A DNA stretch of 64,000 bases from a phage, in sequence record PX421306.1. One strand, 5' to 3'. The first letter of the stretch is position 1; every line of letters begins with the position of its first letter. The position numbers and the translations under genes are program-made. Under the pieces are notes generated by a model. The model had not been told where the DNA came from, searched no databases, and saw only the letters and a list, made by a program, of their open reading frames with translations. This document shows, one piece after another, positions 1 through 18,063 of this stretch.

Positions 1-1359
1 ATTGACAAAATTACCAGTTCAGACATTAGTAATGTAGCTCGTAAAGAATTTTTAGTCGAAGTCCAAGGACAAACAGACTTTTTAGATGTTTTCCGTGGAA
101 CTAGTTATAATGTAAATAACATCAGAGTAAAACATCGTGGTAACGAATTGTATTACGGCGATGTATTTAGTGAAAACAGTGATTTTGGCTCTCCGGGCGA
201 AAATGAAGGCGAATTAGTTCCTCTTGATGGATTTAATATTCGATTAAGACAGCCTTGTAATATTGGTGACACTGTTCAAATTGAAACATTTATGGATGGT
301 GTATCACAATGGAGAAGTTCATATACAAGACGTCAAATTAGATTGTTAGATTCAAAATTAACGTCAAAAACTTCTTTAGAAGGAAGCATTTACGTTACTG
401 ATTTATCAACAATGAAATCAATTCCATTTTCAGCTTTTGGATTAATTCCAGGTGAACCTATTAATCCTAATTCTCTTGAGGTCCGTTTTAATGGAATTTT
501 ACAAGAATTGGCTGGAACAGTTGGAATGCCATTATTTCATTGTGTTGGTGCTGATTCAGACGACGAAGTAGAATGCTCTGTTTTAGGTGGAACTTGGGAA
601 CAGTCTCATACCGACTATTCAGTTGAAACTGATGAAAACGGCATACCAGAAATTTTACATTTCGATAGAGTATTTGAGCATGGCGACATTATCAATATCA
701 CCTGGTTTAATAATGATTTAGGCACATTATTAACAAAAGATGAGATTATTGATGAAACTGATAATCTCTATGTATCGCAAGGACCAGGAGTAGATATTTC
801 CGGTGATGTAAATTTAACAGACTTCGATAAAATTGGTTGGCCAAATGTAGAAGCAGTTCAATCTTATCAACGCGAATTTAACGCTGTTTCAAATATCTTT
901 GATACGATTTATCCTATTGGAACTATATATGAAAACGCTGTTAATCCAAATAACCCTGTTACATATATGGGATTCGGCTCATGGAAATTATTTGGGCAAG
1001 GAAAAGTTTTAGTTGGATGGAATGAAGATATTTCGGACCCTAACTTTGCTCTAAATAACAACGATTTAGATTCGGGTGGAAATCCTTCACATACTGCAGG
1101 TGGAACAGGTGGTTCTACTTCTGTTACATTGGAAAATGCTAATCTTCCTGCAACTGAAACAGATGAAGAAGTTCTAATAGTTGATGAAAATGGATCAGTC
1201 ATTGTTGGTGGATGTCAATACGATCCAGATGAATCTGGTCCAGTTTACACGAAATACCGTGAAGCTAAAGCATCTACTAACTCTACTCACACTCCGCCAA
1301 CATCAATAACTAACATTCAACCATATATTACAGTTTATCGTTGGATAAGGATTGCATAA
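1..1359 (+). CDS. 10: Baseplate wedge protein gp10, 5' end outside window
   Basis: Frame is open from base 1 to the stop at 1357-1359; position immediately upstream of gene 11 and 12 as in T4; track ORF 148..1359 starts at an internal TTG. Confidence 0.85.
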   Translation: MDKITSSDISNVARKEFLVEVQGQTDFLDVFRGTSYNVNNIRVKHRGNELYYGDVFSENSDFGSPGENEGELVPLDGFNIRLRQPCNIGDTVQIETFMDGVSQWRSSYTRRQIRLLDSKLTSKTSLEGSIYVTDLSTMKSIPFSAFGLIPGEPINPNSLEVRFNGILQELAGTVGMPLFHCVGADSDDEVECSVLGGTWEQSHTDYSVETDENGIPEILHFDRVFEHGDIINITWFNNDLGTLLTKDEIIDETDNLYVSQGPGVDISGDVNLTDFDKIGWPNVEAVQSYQREFNAVSNIFDTIYPIGTIYENAVNPNNPVTYMGFGSWKLFGQGKVLVGWNEDISDPNFALNNNDLDSGGNPSHTAGGTGGSTSVTLENANLPATETDEEVLIVDENGSVIVGGCQYDPDESGPVYTKYREAKASTNSTHTPPTSITNIQPYITVYRWIRIA

Positions 1360-2018
1360 TGAGTTTACTTAATAATAAAGCGGGAGTTATTTCCCGCTTA
1401 GCCGATTTTCTTGGTTTTAGACCTAAAACTGGTGACATCGATGTAATGAATCGTCAATCAGTTGGGTCAGTGACAATTTCTCAATTAGCGAAAGGATTTT
1501 ATGAACCAAACGTAGAATCAGCTATTAATGACGTTCATAATTTTTCTATAAAAGACGTTGGTACAATTATTACTAATAAAACTGGTGTTTCTCCTGAGGG
1601 TGTTTCTCAAACTGATTATTGGGCATTTTCAGGAACTGTGACAGATGATTCGCTTCCTCCTGGTTCTCCTGTTACTGTATTAGTATTTGGTCTTCCAGTT
1701 TCAGCAACAACTGGAATGACAGCTATTGAGTTTGTCGCCAAAGTTCGTGTTGCACTGCAAGAAGCTATTGCGTCATTTACTGCTATCAATTCATATAAAG
1801 ACCATCCAACCGATGGTAGTAAATTAGAAGTTACTTATTTAGATAATCAAAAACATGTATTAAGCACATATTCTACGTATGGAATAACTATTTCCCAAGA
1901 AATTATTTCCGAATCTAAGCCTGGATATGGCACATGGAATTTGCTTGGTGCACAAACTGTAACTTTAGATAATCAGCAAACTCCAATAGTACTTTATCAT
2001 TTTGAGAGAACAGCATGA
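1359..2018 (+). CDS. 11: Baseplate wedge protein gp11
   Basis: ATG at 1359 overlaps the gene 10 stop (TAATG); gives 219 aa, the T4 gp11 length; track start 1341 is an upstream non-ATG codon. Confidence 0.85.
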   Translation: MSLLNNKAGVISRLADFLGFRPKTGDIDVMNRQSVGSVTISQLAKGFYEPNVESAINDVHNFSIKDVGTIITNKTGVSPEGVSQTDYWAFSGTVTDDSLPPGSPVTVLVFGLPVSATTGMTAIEFVAKVRVALQEAIASFTAINSYKDHPTDGSKLEVTYLDNQKHVLSTYSTYGITISQEIISESKPGYGTWNLLGAQTVTLDNQQTPIVLYHFERTA

Positions 2019-3598
2019 GTAATAATACATACCAACACGTTTCTAATGAATCTCGCTATGTGAAATTTGATCCAACTGGCACAAATTTTCCAGCAGAGAT
2101 TACTGATGTTCAGGCTGCTATAGCAGCCATTTCTCCTGCTGGTGTAAATGGAGTTCCTGATGCATCATCAACAACAAAAGGAATTTTATTTCTTGCCACT
2201 GAACAGGAAGTTATCGACGGAACTGATAATACCAAAGCAGTTACACCCGCAACGTTGGCAACAAGATTATCTTATCCAAACGCAACTGAAACTGTTTACG
2301 GATTAACAAGATATTCAACAGATGATGAAGCGATTGCTGGAGTTAATAATGAATCTTCTATAACTCCTGCTAAATTTACCGTTGCCCTTAATAATGCCTT
2401 TGAAACTCGTGTTTCAACTGAATCAAAGAATGGAGTTATTAAAATTTCATCTCTACCGCAAGCATTGGCAGGTGCTGATGATACTACTGCAATGACTCCG
2501 TTAAAAACACAACAGTTAGCTATTAAATTAATTGCGCAAATTGCTCCTTCTGAAACCACAGCTACCGAATCTGACCAAGGTGTTGTTCAATTAGCAACAG
2601 TAGCTCAAGTTCGTCAAGGAACTTTAAGAGAAGGCTATGCAATTTCTCCTTATACATTAATGAATTCTACTGCTACTGAAGAATATAAAGGCGTAATTAA
2701 ATTAGGAACGCAATCAGAAGTTAACTCGAATAATGCTTCTGTTGCTGTTACTGGTGCAACTCTTAATGGTCGCGGTTCTACAACGTCAATGAGAGGCGTA
2801 GTTAAATTAACTACAACCGCCGGTTCACAGAGCGGAGGCGATGCTTCATCGGCATTAGCTTGGAATGCTGACGTTATCCACCAAAGAGGTGGTCAAACGA
2901 TTAATGGAACACTTCGCATTAATAATACGCTTACAATAGCTTCAGGTGGAGCAAATATTACCGGAACAGTTAACATGACCGGTGGTTATATTCAAGGTAA
3001 GCGTGTTGTAACGCAAAATGAAATAGATAGAACTATTCCTGTCGGAGCTATTATGATGTGGGCGGCTGATAGCCTTCCTAGTGATGCTTGGCGCTTCTGT
3101 CATGGTGGAACTGTTTCAGCATCAGATTGTCCGTTATATGCTTCTAGAATTGGAACAAGATACGGCGGAAGCTCATCAAATCCTGGATTACCTGATATGC
3201 GTGGTCTTTTTGTTCGTGGCTCTGGTCGTGGCTCTCACTTAACAAATCCAAACGTTAATGGTAATGACCAATTTGGTAAGCCTAGATTAGGTGTAGGTTG
3301 TACCGGTGGATATGTTGGCGAAGTACAAAAACAGCAGATGTCTTATCATAAACATGCTGGCGGATTTGGTGAGCATGATGATTCTGGAGCATTCGGTAAT
3401 ACCCGTAGATCAAATTTTGTTGGTACACGTAAAGGACTTGACTGGGATAACCGTTCATACTTCACCAATGACGGATATGAAATTGACCCAGCATCACAAC
3501 GAAATTCCAAATATACATTAAATCGTCCCGAATTAATTGGAAATGAAACACGTCCATGGAACATTTCTTTAAACTACATAATTAAGGTAAAAGAATGA
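2015..3598 (+). CDS. 12: Short tail fiber protein gp12
   Basis: 527 aa, the T4 gp12 length; start overlaps gene 11 stop; Gly/Thr/Asn-rich fibrous repeats. Confidence 0.9.
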   Translation: MSNNTYQHVSNESRYVKFDPTGTNFPAEITDVQAAIAAISPAGVNGVPDASSTTKGILFLATEQEVIDGTDNTKAVTPATLATRLSYPNATETVYGLTRYSTDDEAIAGVNNESSITPAKFTVALNNAFETRVSTESKNGVIKISSLPQALAGADDTTAMTPLKTQQLAIKLIAQIAPSETTATESDQGVVQLATVAQVRQGTLREGYAISPYTLMNSTATEEYKGVIKLGTQSEVNSNNASVAVTGATLNGRGSTTSMRGVVKLTTTAGSQSGGDASSALAWNADVIHQRGGQTINGTLRINNTLTIASGGANITGTVNMTGGYIQGKRVVTQNEIDRTIPVGAIMMWAADSLPSDAWRFCHGGTVSASDCPLYASRIGTRYGGSSSNPGLPDMRGLFVRGSGRGSHLTNPNVNGNDQFGKPRLGVGCTGGYVGEVQKQQMSYHKHAGGFGEHDDSGAFGNTRRSNFVGTRKGLDWDNRSYFTNDGYEIDPASQRNSKYTLNRPELIGNETRPWNISLNYIIKVKE

Positions 3599-5058
3599 CA
3601 GATATTGTACTGAATGACTTACCATTCGTTGACGGCCCTCCTGCAGAGGGCCAGAGCCGCATTTCCTGGATTAAAAACGGCGAAGAAATATTAGGAGCTG
3701 ACACACAGTACGGAAGTGAAGGCTCAATGAATAGACCTACAGTTTCTGTACTAAGAAATGTTGAAGTTCTCGATAAAAACATCGGAATACTCAAAACATC
3801 TTTAGAATCCGCGAATAGTGATATTAAAACAATTCAGGGCATCTTAGATGTATCTGGTGATATTGAAGCTTTGGCCCAAATAAGTATCAATAAAAAGGAT
3901 ATTTCTGACCTTAAAACGCTAACCAGTGAACATACAGAAATATTAAATGGGACTAATAGTACGGTTGACAGCATTCTTGCTGATATTGGTCCATTTAACT
4001 CCGAGGCTAACTCTGTATACAGAACAATCAGAAATGATTTATTATGGATAAAGCGTGAACTTGGACAATATACAGGCCAAGATATTAATGGTCTTCCTGT
4101 TGTAGGAAATCCTAGCACAGGAATGAAGCATCGCATTATTAATAATACTGATGTCATTACTTCACAAGGAATACGTTTAAGCGAATTAGAAACAAAATTT
4201 ATTGAATCTGATGTAGGTTCTTTGACTATTGAAGTTGGTAATCTCCGTGAAGAGCTTGGACCAAAACCACCATCGTTTTCACAAACTGTTTACAGTCGCT
4301 TAAATGAAATTGACACTAAACAGACAACAGTTGAATCTGACATTAGTGCTATTAAGACCTCAATAGGATATCCAGGAAATAATTCGATTATTACGAGTGT
4401 TAATACAAACACTGATAATATTGCATCTATTAATTTAGAGCTAAATCAAAGTGGAGGTATTAAACAGCGTTTAACCGTTATTGAAACTTCTATTGGTTCA
4501 GATGATATTCCTTCGAGTATTAAAGGTCAAATCAAAGATAATACAACTTCAATCGAAGCTCTAAATGGAATCGTCGGCGAAAACACTTCATCTGGTTTAA
4601 GAGCGAATGTTTCGTGGTTAAACCAAATTGTTGGGACTGATTCTAGTGGTGGACAACCTTCTCCTCCTGGGTCTCTTTTAAACCGAGTTTCTACAATTGA
4701 AACTTCTGTTTCAAGCTTGAACAACGATGTTCAAAACCTACAAGTAGAGATTGGTAATAACAGCACAGGAATTAAAGGGCAAGTTGTAGCGTTAAATACT
4801 TTAGTAAATGGAACTAATCCAAACGGTTCAACTGTCGAAGAACGCGGATTAACCAATTCAATAAAAGCTAACGAAACCAACATTGCATCAGTTACACAAG
4901 AAGTGAATACAGCCAAAGGTAGTATATCTTCTCTGCAAGGTGATGTTCAAGCTCTACAAGAAGCAGGTTATATTCCTGAAGCTCCGAAAGATGGCCAAGC
5001 TTACGTTCGTAAAGACGGCGAATGGGTATTACTTTCTACCTTTTTATCACCAGCATAA
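3595..5058 (+). CDS. wac: Fibritin (whisker antigen control)
   Basis: 487 aa, the T4 Wac length; long heptad-like coiled-coil region; position after gene 12. Confidence 0.9.
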   Translation: MTDIVLNDLPFVDGPPAEGQSRISWIKNGEEILGADTQYGSEGSMNRPTVSVLRNVEVLDKNIGILKTSLESANSDIKTIQGILDVSGDIEALAQISINKKDISDLKTLTSEHTEILNGTNSTVDSILADIGPFNSEANSVYRTIRNDLLWIKRELGQYTGQDINGLPVVGNPSTGMKHRIINNTDVITSQGIRLSELETKFIESDVGSLTIEVGNLREELGPKPPSFSQTVYSRLNEIDTKQTTVESDISAIKTSIGYPGNNSIITSVNTNTDNIASINLELNQSGGIKQRLTVIETSIGSDDIPSSIKGQIKDNTTSIEALNGIVGENTSSGLRANVSWLNQIVGTDSSGGQPSPPGSLLNRVSTIETSVSSLNNDVQNLQVEIGNNSTGIKGQVVALNTLVNGTNPNGSTVEERGLTNSIKANETNIASVTQEVNTAKGSISSLQGDVQALQEAGYIPEAPKDGQAYVRKDGEWVLLSTFLSPA

Positions 5059-5061
5059 CAT

Positions 5062-5077
5062 GGGGCCGCAAGGCCCC
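5062..5077 (+). terminator. Stem-loop after wac (GGGGCC-GCAA-GGCCCC)
   Basis: Perfect 6-bp GC stem with GNRA loop 4 nt after the wac stop, followed by a short T-rich tract. Confidence 0.45.
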
Positions 5078-5090
5078 AAAGGATTTTTAA

Positions 5091-6792
<1,702 letters not shown>

Positions 6793-6833
6793 TAAATATT
6801 ATAAACTAATTAAAGCCCAGATTAGGAGAAATC

Positions 6834-9974
<3,141 letters not shown>

Positions 9975-10002
9975 TATTAAAGCATATTAAAGAGGATTAA
10001 AA

Positions 10003-11982
10003 ATGACTTTATTATCTCCGGGCATTGAGCTCAAAGAAACTACGGTTCAAAGCACCGTGGTTAATAACTCTACTGGTACAGCAGCTTTGGCCGGTAAATT
10101 CCAGTGGGGTCCTGCTTTTCAAATTAAACAGGTTACAAATGAAGTAGATTTAGTTAATACTTTTGGTCAACCTACAGCTGAAACTGCTGACTATTTTATG
10201 TCTGCAATGAATTTCTTACAATACGGAAATGATTTGCGAGTTGTGCGTGCTGTCGATAGAGATACCGCTAAAAACTCATCTCCAATTGCCGGTAATATTG
10301 AATACACTATTTCTACCCCAGGTAGTAACTACGCGGTTGGAGATAAAATCACGGTTAAGTATGTTTCAGAAGACATTGAAACAGAATGTAAAGTTACCGA
10401 AGTAGATGCTGATGGAAAAATTAAGAAAATTAATATTCCTACCGCAAAAATTATCGCTAAAGCGAAAGAAGTAGGCGAATATCCAGAATTAGGTTCTAAC
10501 TGGACCGCGGAAATTTCTTCGTCTTCCTCTGGTTTAGCTGCAGTAATAACTCTTGGAAAAATTATTACTGATTCTGGTATTTTATTAGCTGAAATTGAAA
10601 ATGCCGAAGCTGCTATGACAGCGGTTGAATTTCAAGCAAATCTCGAAAAATATGGAATTCCAGGAGTAGTAGCTCTTTATCCAGGCGAGTTGGGCGATAA
10701 AATCGAAATCGAAATCGTATCTAAAGCTGACTACGCAAAAGGGGCTTCTGCATTACTCCCAATTTATCCAGGTGGCGGAACACGCGCATCTACTGCCAAA
10801 GCAGTGTTTGGATATGGACCACAAACTGATTCACAATACGCTATTATAGTTCGTCGCAATGATGCTATTGTTCAAAGCGTTGTTCTTTCAACGAAGCGTG
10901 GTGAAAAAGATATTTACGATAGTAACATTTATATTGATGACTTTTTCGCAAAAGGTGGTTCAGAATATATTTTCGCAACTGCACAAAATTGGCCAGAAGG
11001 CTTCTCTGGAATTTTAACTCTGTCTGGTGGATTATCGTCAAATGCTGAAGTAACAGCAGGAGATTTGATGGAAGCCTGGGACTTCTTTGCTGACCGTGAA
11101 TCTGTTGACGTTCAGTTGTTTATTGCGGGTTCTTGCGCCGGCGAATCTTTAGAAACAGCATCTACTGTCCAAAAACACGTCGTTTCAATTGGTGATGCTC
11201 GCCAAGATTGCTTAGTATTGTGCTCACCGCCGCGCGAAACTGTAGTTGGAATTCCTGTAACTCGTGCTGTTGATAACTTAGTCAATTGGAGAACTGCAGC
11301 AGGTTCATACACTGATAATAACTTTAATATCAGTTCAACCTACGCAGCAATTGATGGTAACTACAAGTATCAGTATGACAAATATAATGATGTGAATCGT
11401 TGGGTTCCATTAGCAGCTGATATTGCTGGTTTGTGTGCAAGAACTGATAACGTTTCTCAGACTTGGATGTCTCCAGCTGGTTATAATCGTGGTCAGATTC
11501 TTAACGTTATTAAACTTGCTATTGAAACTCGCCAGGCGCAGCGCGACCGTTTATACCAAGAAGCTATCAACCCGGTAACCGGTACAGGTGGTGATGGTTA
11601 CGTATTGTATGGTGATAAAACAGCTACTTCTGTTCCTTCTCCATTTGATCGTATTAACGTTCGTCGTCTGTTTAATATGTTAAAAACGAATATCGGACGT
11701 AGTTCAAAATATCGTTTGTTCGAATTAAACAACGCGTTTACTCGTTCATCGTTCCGCACAGAAACTTCCCAGTACTTACAGGGAATTAAAGCTCTCGGTG
11801 GAATTTATGAATATCGTGTAGTTTGCGATACAACAAATAACACTCCGTCAGTAATTGATAGAAATGAGTTTGTTGCAACATTCTACATTCAACCGGCTAG
11901 AAGCATTAACTACATTACCTTAAACTTCGTAGCAACTGCTACTGGTGCAGATTTCGATGAGTTAACTGGTCTTGCAGGTTAA
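10003..11982 (+). CDS. 18: Tail sheath protein gp18
   Basis: 659 aa, the T4 gp18 length; synteny. Confidence 0.95.
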   Translation: MTLLSPGIELKETTVQSTVVNNSTGTAALAGKFQWGPAFQIKQVTNEVDLVNTFGQPTAETADYFMSAMNFLQYGNDLRVVRAVDRDTAKNSSPIAGNIEYTISTPGSNYAVGDKITVKYVSEDIETECKVTEVDADGKIKKINIPTAKIIAKAKEVGEYPELGSNWTAEISSSSSGLAAVITLGKIITDSGILLAEIENAEAAMTAVEFQANLEKYGIPGVVALYPGELGDKIEIEIVSKADYAKGASALLPIYPGGGTRASTAKAVFGYGPQTDSQYAIIVRRNDAIVQSVVLSTKRGEKDIYDSNIYIDDFFAKGGSEYIFATAQNWPEGFSGILTLSGGLSSNAEVTAGDLMEAWDFFADRESVDVQLFIAGSCAGESLETASTVQKHVVSIGDARQDCLVLCSPPRETVVGIPVTRAVDNLVNWRTAAGSYTDNNFNISSTYAAIDGNYKYQYDKYNDVNRWVPLAADIAGLCARTDNVSQTWMSPAGYNRGQILNVIKLAIETRQAQRDRLYQEAINPVTGTGGDGYVLYGDKTATSVPSPFDRINVRRLFNMLKTNIGRSSKYRLFELNNAFTRSSFRTETSQYLQGIKALGGIYEYRVVCDTTNNTPSVIDRNEFVATFYIQPARSINYITLNFVATATGADFDELTGLAG

Positions 11983-11998
11983 TACGGTGCATTCTAAA

Positions 11999-12016
11999 GG
12001 CCTGTTTCGGCAGGCC
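11999..12016 (+). other. Stem-loop GGCCTG-TTTCGG-CAGGCC after gene 18
   Basis: Perfect 6-bp inverted repeat just downstream of the gene 18 stop; no T-run, so possibly an RNA stability element rather than a terminator. Confidence 0.3.
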
Positions 12017-12017
12017 A

Positions 12018-12025
12018 TATAAATA
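12018..12025 (+). promoter_or_regulatory. Late promoter box TATAAATA (distal, gene 19)
   Basis: Exact TATAAATA in the 18-19 intergenic region. Confidence 0.45.
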
Positions 12026-12076
12026 CACTATATCCTTAATTCTTTAATTCTATATGCCCTAGGTTAAACATAGGGA

Positions 12077-12084
12077 TATAAATA
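12077..12084 (+). promoter_or_regulatory. Late promoter box TATAAATA (proximal, gene 19)
   Basis: Exact TATAAATA 15 nt upstream of the gene 19 ATG, followed by a GAGG ribosome-binding site. Confidence 0.55.
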
Positions 12085-12098
12085 CTACAGAGGCTAAT

Positions 12099-12590
12099 AT
12101 GTTTGTAGATGATGTAACACGAGCGTTTGAATCTGGTGATTTTGCTCGACCTAACTTATTCCAAGTAGAAATTTCTTATCTTGGACAAAATTTTACGTTT
12201 CAATGTAAAGCCACTGCTTTACCAGCTGGTATTGTAGAAAAAATTCCAGTCGGATTCATGAACCGTAAAATTAACGTAGCAGGCGATCGTACATTCGATG
12301 ACTGGACTGTTACAGTAATGAACGATGAGGCACATGATGCTCGCCAGAAGTTTGTTGATTGGCAAAGCATTGCTGCTGGGCAAGGGAACGAAATTACTGG
12401 TGGAAAACCAGCAGAGTATAAAAAGAGCGCTGTTGTTCGCCAATATGCTCGTGACGCTAAAACTGTAACAAAAGAAGTCGAAATTAAAGGCTTGTGGCCT
12501 ACCAACGTGGGTGAACTTCAATTAGATTGGGATTCAAACAATGAAATCCAAACCTTTGAAGTAACTCTCGCTCTCGATTATTGGGAATAA
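12099..12590 (+). CDS. 19: Tail tube protein gp19
   Basis: 163 aa, the T4 gp19 length; follows the sheath gene. Confidence 0.95.
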   Translation: MFVDDVTRAFESGDFARPNLFQVEISYLGQNFTFQCKATALPAGIVEKIPVGFMNRKINVAGDRTFDDWTVTVMNDEAHDARQKFVDWQSIAAGQGNEITGGKPAEYKKSAVVRQYARDAKTVTKEVEIKGLWPTNVGELQLDWDSNNEIQTFEVTLALDYWE

Positions 12591-12597
12591 AATGAAT

Positions 12598-12611
12598 GGG
12601 GAGAAATCCCC
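12598..12611 (+). other. Stem-loop GGGGA-GAAA-TCCCC after gene 19
   Basis: 5-bp stem with GNRA tetraloop 8 nt after the gene 19 stop; no T-run. Confidence 0.3.
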
Positions 12612-12622
12612 ATCCTGCTTAA

Positions 12623-14247
<1,625 letters not shown>

Positions 14248-14248
<1 letters not shown>

Positions 14249-14493
14249 TGGAAGGTTTAATTGAAGCTATTAAATCAAACGACCTCGTAGCCGCTCGTAA
14301 ATTATTTGCTGAAGCCATGGCTGCAAGAACGATTGATTTAATTAAAGAAGAAAAAATCGCTATCGCTCGTAATTTCTTAATCGAAGGTGAAGAACCTGAA
14401 GACGAGGATGATGAAGACGAAGATAGTGATGATAAAGACGACAAAAAAGACAAAGACTCTGACGAAGATGACGAAGACGAGGATGATGAATAA
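14248..14493 (+). CDS. 67: Prohead core protein gp67 with acidic C-terminal tail
   Basis: About 80 aa; C-terminal run of Asp/Glu; sits between 20 and 68 as in T4. Confidence 0.8.
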
Positions 14494-14918
14494 TGCTTCT
14501 GATCCCTGAAACTCATGAATTAGTTCTCGAGAATGTCGAAGCACTTATTCCTGAAGCACAGGGTCGCTTTGACGAATTGTCTTCTGCTTTAAATAAAGAC
14601 GATATAAATACAATTATCGAGAATATGCTTGATGATGAAACTGATTTAGCAGTTGCATTAGCTTCTATTAATGAAAATATGCCGTTAAATGAATTCATTG
14701 TTAAGCATGTTTCAGCTCGTGGTGAAATTACACGTACTAAAGACCGCAAAACGCGCGAACGTAATGCATTTCAAACCACTGGGCTGTCTAAAGCAAAACG
14801 TAGACAAATTGCTCGCAAAGCTACCAAAACGAAGATTGCCAATCCAGCAGGTCAATCTCGTGCTCAGCGTAAGCGTAAAAAAGCTCTTAAACGCCGTAAA
14901 GCATTAGGATTAAGCTAA
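14493..14918 (+). CDS. 68: Prohead core protein gp68
   Basis: 141 aa, the T4 gp68 length; start overlaps the gp67 stop. Confidence 0.85.
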   Translation: MLLIPETHELVLENVEALIPEAQGRFDELSSALNKDDINTIIENMLDDETDLAVALASINENMPLNEFIVKHVSARGEITRTKDRKTRERNAFQTTGLSKAKRRQIARKATKTKIANPAGQSRAQRKRKKALKRRKALGLS

Positions 14919-15556
14919 TGAATGAACCCCAATTACTAATTGAAACTTGGGGTCAACCTGGCGAAATTATTGATGGCGTGCCAATGCTTGAATCTCATGA
15001 TGGAAAAGACTTAGGTTTAAAACCTGGTTTATACATCGAAGGAATATTCATGCAAGCGGAAGTCGTCAATAGAAATAAACGTCTTTATCCAAAACGCATA
15101 TTAGAAAAAGCGGTAAAAGACTATATTAATGAGCAAGTTTTAACTAAACAAGCTCTCGGAGAATTAAATCATCCTCCACGCGCTAATGTTGACCCGATGC
15201 AAGCCGCTATCATTATAGAAGATATGTGGTGGAAAGGAAATGACGTATACGGACGAGCTCGTGTTATTGAAGGTGACCACGGTCCTGGAGATAAATTAGC
15301 AGCTAATATTCGTGCCGGATGGATTCCAGGAGTTTCTTCTCGTGGATTAGGTTCATTGACTGACACAAATAAAGGTTATCGTATCGTAAACGAAGGATTC
15401 AAATTAACTGTAGGTGTTGATGCAGTATGGGGTCCAAGTGCTCCAGATGCATGGGTAACTCCTAAGGAAATTACCGAATCACAGACGGCGGAAGCCGATA
15501 CAAGTGCCGATGACGCCTATATGGCTCTCGCAGAGGCCATGAAAAAAGCGTTATAA
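14918..15556 (+). CDS. 21: Prohead core scaffold protein and protease gp21
   Basis: 212 aa, the T4 gp21 length; synteny. Confidence 0.9.
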   Translation: MNEPQLLIETWGQPGEIIDGVPMLESHDGKDLGLKPGLYIEGIFMQAEVVNRNKRLYPKRILEKAVKDYINEQVLTKQALGELNHPPRANVDPMQAAIIIEDMWWKGNDVYGRARVIEGDHGPGDKLAANIRAGWIPGVSSRGLGSLTDTNKGYRIVNEGFKLTVGVDAVWGPSAPDAWVTPKEITESQTAEADTSADDAYMALAEAMKKAL

Positions 15557-15559
15557 ATA
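15552..15559 (+). promoter_or_regulatory. Late promoter box TATAAATA upstream of gene 22
   Basis: Exact TATAAATA overlapping the gene 21 stop, 28 nt upstream of the gene 22 ATG. Confidence 0.5.
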
Positions 15560-15586
15560 TTATTATCTAAACAACAGGACTACAAA

Positions 15587-16396
15587 ATGCTTAAAGAACA
15601 ACTGATTGCTGAAGCGCAAAAAATTGATGCTTCCGTTGCTCTTGATAGTATTTTCGAATCAGTTAATATTTCTCCGGAAGCAAAAGAAACTTTCGGCACT
15701 GTATTCGAAGCTACCGTCAAGCAGCACGCCGTTAAATTAGCTGAATCTCATATCGCTAAAATTGCTGAAAAAGCAGAAGAAGAAGTAGAAAAAAATAAAG
15801 AAGAAGCCGAAGAAAAAGCTGAGAAGAAAATCGCTGAGCAAGCTTCTAAATTCATCGACCATCTTGCGAAAGAATGGCTCGCCGAAAATAAATTAGCAGT
15901 TGATAAAGGCATCAAAGCCGAACTGTTTGAATCCATGCTTGGTGGATTAAAAGAGCTCTTTGTTGAACACAACGTTGTTGTTCCAGAAGAATCAGTTGAT
16001 GTTGTGGCTGAAATGGAAGAAGAGCTGCAAGAACATAAAGAAGAATCAGCTCGTCTGTTCGAAGAACTCAATATGCGCGACGCATATATCAATTATGTGC
16101 AGCGTGAAGTGGCATTGAGCGAAAGTACTAAAGATCTGACTGAGTCTCAAAAAGAAAAAGTCTCTGCTCTGGTCGAAGGTATGGATTATTCAGATGAATT
16201 CTCAAATAAATTGAGTGCCATCGTAGAAATGGTGAAGAAGTCTAATAAAGATGAAAGCACTATTACTGAGAGTATAAATACTCCTGATACTGAAGCAGCC
16301 GGACTGAATTTCGTCACTGAAGCTGTAGAAGATAAAGCTGCACCTGGTGCAGAAGATATTGTAAGTGTATATGCGAAAGTCGCATCTCGTTTCTAA
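15587..16396 (+). CDS. 22: Major prohead scaffolding core protein gp22
   Basis: 269 aa, the T4 gp22 length; Glu/Lys-rich helical protein. Confidence 0.9.
   Translation: MLKEQLIAEAQKIDASVALDSIFESVNISPEAKETFGTVFEATVKQHAVKLAESHIAKIAEKAEEEVEKNKEEAEEKAEKKIAEQASKFIDHLAKEWLAENKLAVDKGIKAELFESMLGGLKELFVEHNVVVPEESVDVVAEMEEELQEHKEESARLFEELNMRDAYINYVQREVALSESTKDLTESQKEKVSALVEGMDYSDEFSNKLSAIVEMVKKSNKDESTITESINTPDTEAAGLNFVTEAVEDKAAPGAEDIVSVYAKVASRF
16273..16280 (+). promoter_or_regulatory. Late promoter box TATAAATA inside the 3' end of gene 22 (P23-like)
   Basis: Exact TATAAATA about 135 nt upstream of the gene 23 ATG, inside gene 22 coding sequence. Confidence 0.5.
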
Positions 16397-16414
16397 TTTT
16401 AAAGGTTAACACAA

Positions 16415-17980
16415 ATGACTATCAAAACTAAAGCTGAACTTTTGAACAAATGGAAGCCATTACTGGAAGGTGAAGGTTTACCGGAAATTGCTAATAGCAA
16501 ACAAGCGATTATCGCTAAAATCTTTGAAAACCAGGAAAAAGATTTCCAGACAGCTCCAGAGTACAAAGACGAAAAAATCGCTCAGGCGTTCGGTTCTTTC
16601 TTAACAGAAGCTGAAATCGGTGGTGACCACGGTTACAATGCTACTAACATCGCTGCTGGTCAGACTTCTGGCGCAGTAACTCAGATTGGCCCAGCTGTTA
16701 TGGGTATGGTACGTCGTGCTATTCCTAACCTGATTGCTTTCGATATTTGCGGTGTTCAGCCGATGAACAGCCCGACTGGCCAGGTATTCGCACTGCGCGC
16801 AGTATATGGTAAAGACCCAATCGCTTCCGGTGCTAAAGAAGCATTCCACCCAATGTATGGCCCAGATGCAATGTTCTCTGGTCAGGGTGCTGCTAAGAAA
16901 TTCCCGGCTCTGGCTGCTAGCACAGAAACCACAGTAGGTGATATCTATACTCACTTCTTCCAGGACACTGGTACTGTGTATCTGCAGGCTTCTGCTCAAG
17001 TAACAATTAGTGCAAGCGCAACTGATGCAGCTAAATTAGATGCTGAAATTAAGAAACAAATGGAAGCTGGTGCATTGGTAGAAATCGCTGAAGGTATGGC
17101 TACTTCTATCGCTGAACTCCAGGAAGGTTTCAACGGTTCTACCGATAACCCATGGAATGAAATGGGCTTCCGTATCGATAAACAAGTTATCGAAGCTAAA
17201 TCTCGCCAGCTGAAAGCTGCTTACTCTATCGAATTAGCACAAGACCTCCGCGCTGTTCACGGTATGGATGCTGATGCCGAACTGTCTGGTATTCTGGCTA
17301 CCGAAATCATGCTGGAAATCAACCGTGAAGTTGTTGATTGGATTAACTACTCGGCTCAGGTTGGTAAATCTGGTATGACCCTGACTCCAGGTTCTAAAGC
17401 TGGTGTATTTGACTTCCAGGATCCGATTGATATTCGTGGTGCTCGCTGGGCGGGTGAATCCTTTAAAGCTCTGTTGTTCCAGATTGACAAAGAAGCAGTT
17501 GAAATTGCTCGTCAGACCGGTCGTGGTGAAGGTAACTTCATTATCGCTTCCCGTAACGTAGTTAACGTTCTGGCTTCAGTTGATACTGGCATTTCTTATG
17601 CTGCACAGGGTCTGGCTACCGGCTTTAACACTGATACTACCAAGTCAGTATTTGCTGGTGTTCTGGGTGGTAAATACCGTGTATATATCGACCAGTATGC
17701 TAAACAGGATTATTTCACTGTAGGTTATAAAGGTCCGAACGAAATGGATGCTGGTATTTACTATGCTCCATATGTAGCTCTGACTCCGCTGCGTGGTTCC
17801 GATCCGAAGAACTTCCAACCAGTAATGGGATTCAAAACTCGTTACGGTATCGGTATCAACCCATTTGCAGAATCCGCTGCTCAGGCTCCGGCTTCTCGCA
17901 TCCAGAGCGGTATGCCTTCTATTCTGAATAGCCTTGGTAAAAACGCTTACTTCCGCCGTGTATATGTTAAAGGTATCTAA
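16415..17980 (+). CDS. 23: Major capsid protein gp23
   Basis: 521 aa, the T4 gp23 length; N-terminal sequence recognisable as T-even gp23; high-expression codon usage. Confidence 0.97.
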   Translation: MTIKTKAELLNKWKPLLEGEGLPEIANSKQAIIAKIFENQEKDFQTAPEYKDEKIAQAFGSFLTEAEIGGDHGYNATNIAAGQTSGAVTQIGPAVMGMVRRAIPNLIAFDICGVQPMNSPTGQVFALRAVYGKDPIASGAKEAFHPMYGPDAMFSGQGAAKKFPALAASTETTVGDIYTHFFQDTGTVYLQASAQVTISASATDAAKLDAEIKKQMEAGALVEIAEGMATSIAELQEGFNGSTDNPWNEMGFRIDKQVIEAKSRQLKAAYSIELAQDLRAVHGMDADAELSGILATEIMLEINREVVDWINYSAQVGKSGMTLTPGSKAGVFDFQDPIDIRGARWAGESFKALLFQIDKEAVEIARQTGRGEGNFIIASRNVVNVLASVDTGISYAAQGLATGFNTDTTKSVFAGVLGGKYRVYIDQYAKQDYFTVGYKGPNEMDAGIYYAPYVALTPLRGSDPKNFQPVMGFKTRYGIGINPFAESAAQAPASRIQSGMPSILNSLGKNAYFRRVYVKGI

Positions 17981-17995
17981 TCTTTGACGATTTAA

Positions 17996-18011
17996 GGGAC
18001 CTTCGGGTCCC
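17996..18011 (+). terminator. Rho-independent terminator after gene 23 (GGGACC-TTCG-GGTCCC)
   Basis: 6-bp GC stem with UUCG tetraloop followed by a T-rich run, 15 nt after the gp23 stop. Confidence 0.7.
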
Positions 18012-18028
18012 TTTAGTTGTTTTTATGG

Positions 18029-18036
18029 TATAAATA
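18029..18036 (+). promoter_or_regulatory. Late promoter box TATAAATA upstream of gene 24
   Basis: Exact TATAAATA 28 nt upstream of the gene 24 ATG. Confidence 0.55.
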
Positions 18037-18063
18037 AATCATATAAACCAAAAGGAAAGCGCA

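Noticed and set aside
909-1202. Antisense ORFs inside well-supported structural genes (909..1202, 2296..2559, 3346..3564, 15748..16092, 16601..16999, 58938..59417, 63433..63675 and similar)
   Set aside because: Each lies wholly inside a conserved gene on the opposite strand, has no ribosome-binding site and has skewed composition; judged to be chance open frames.
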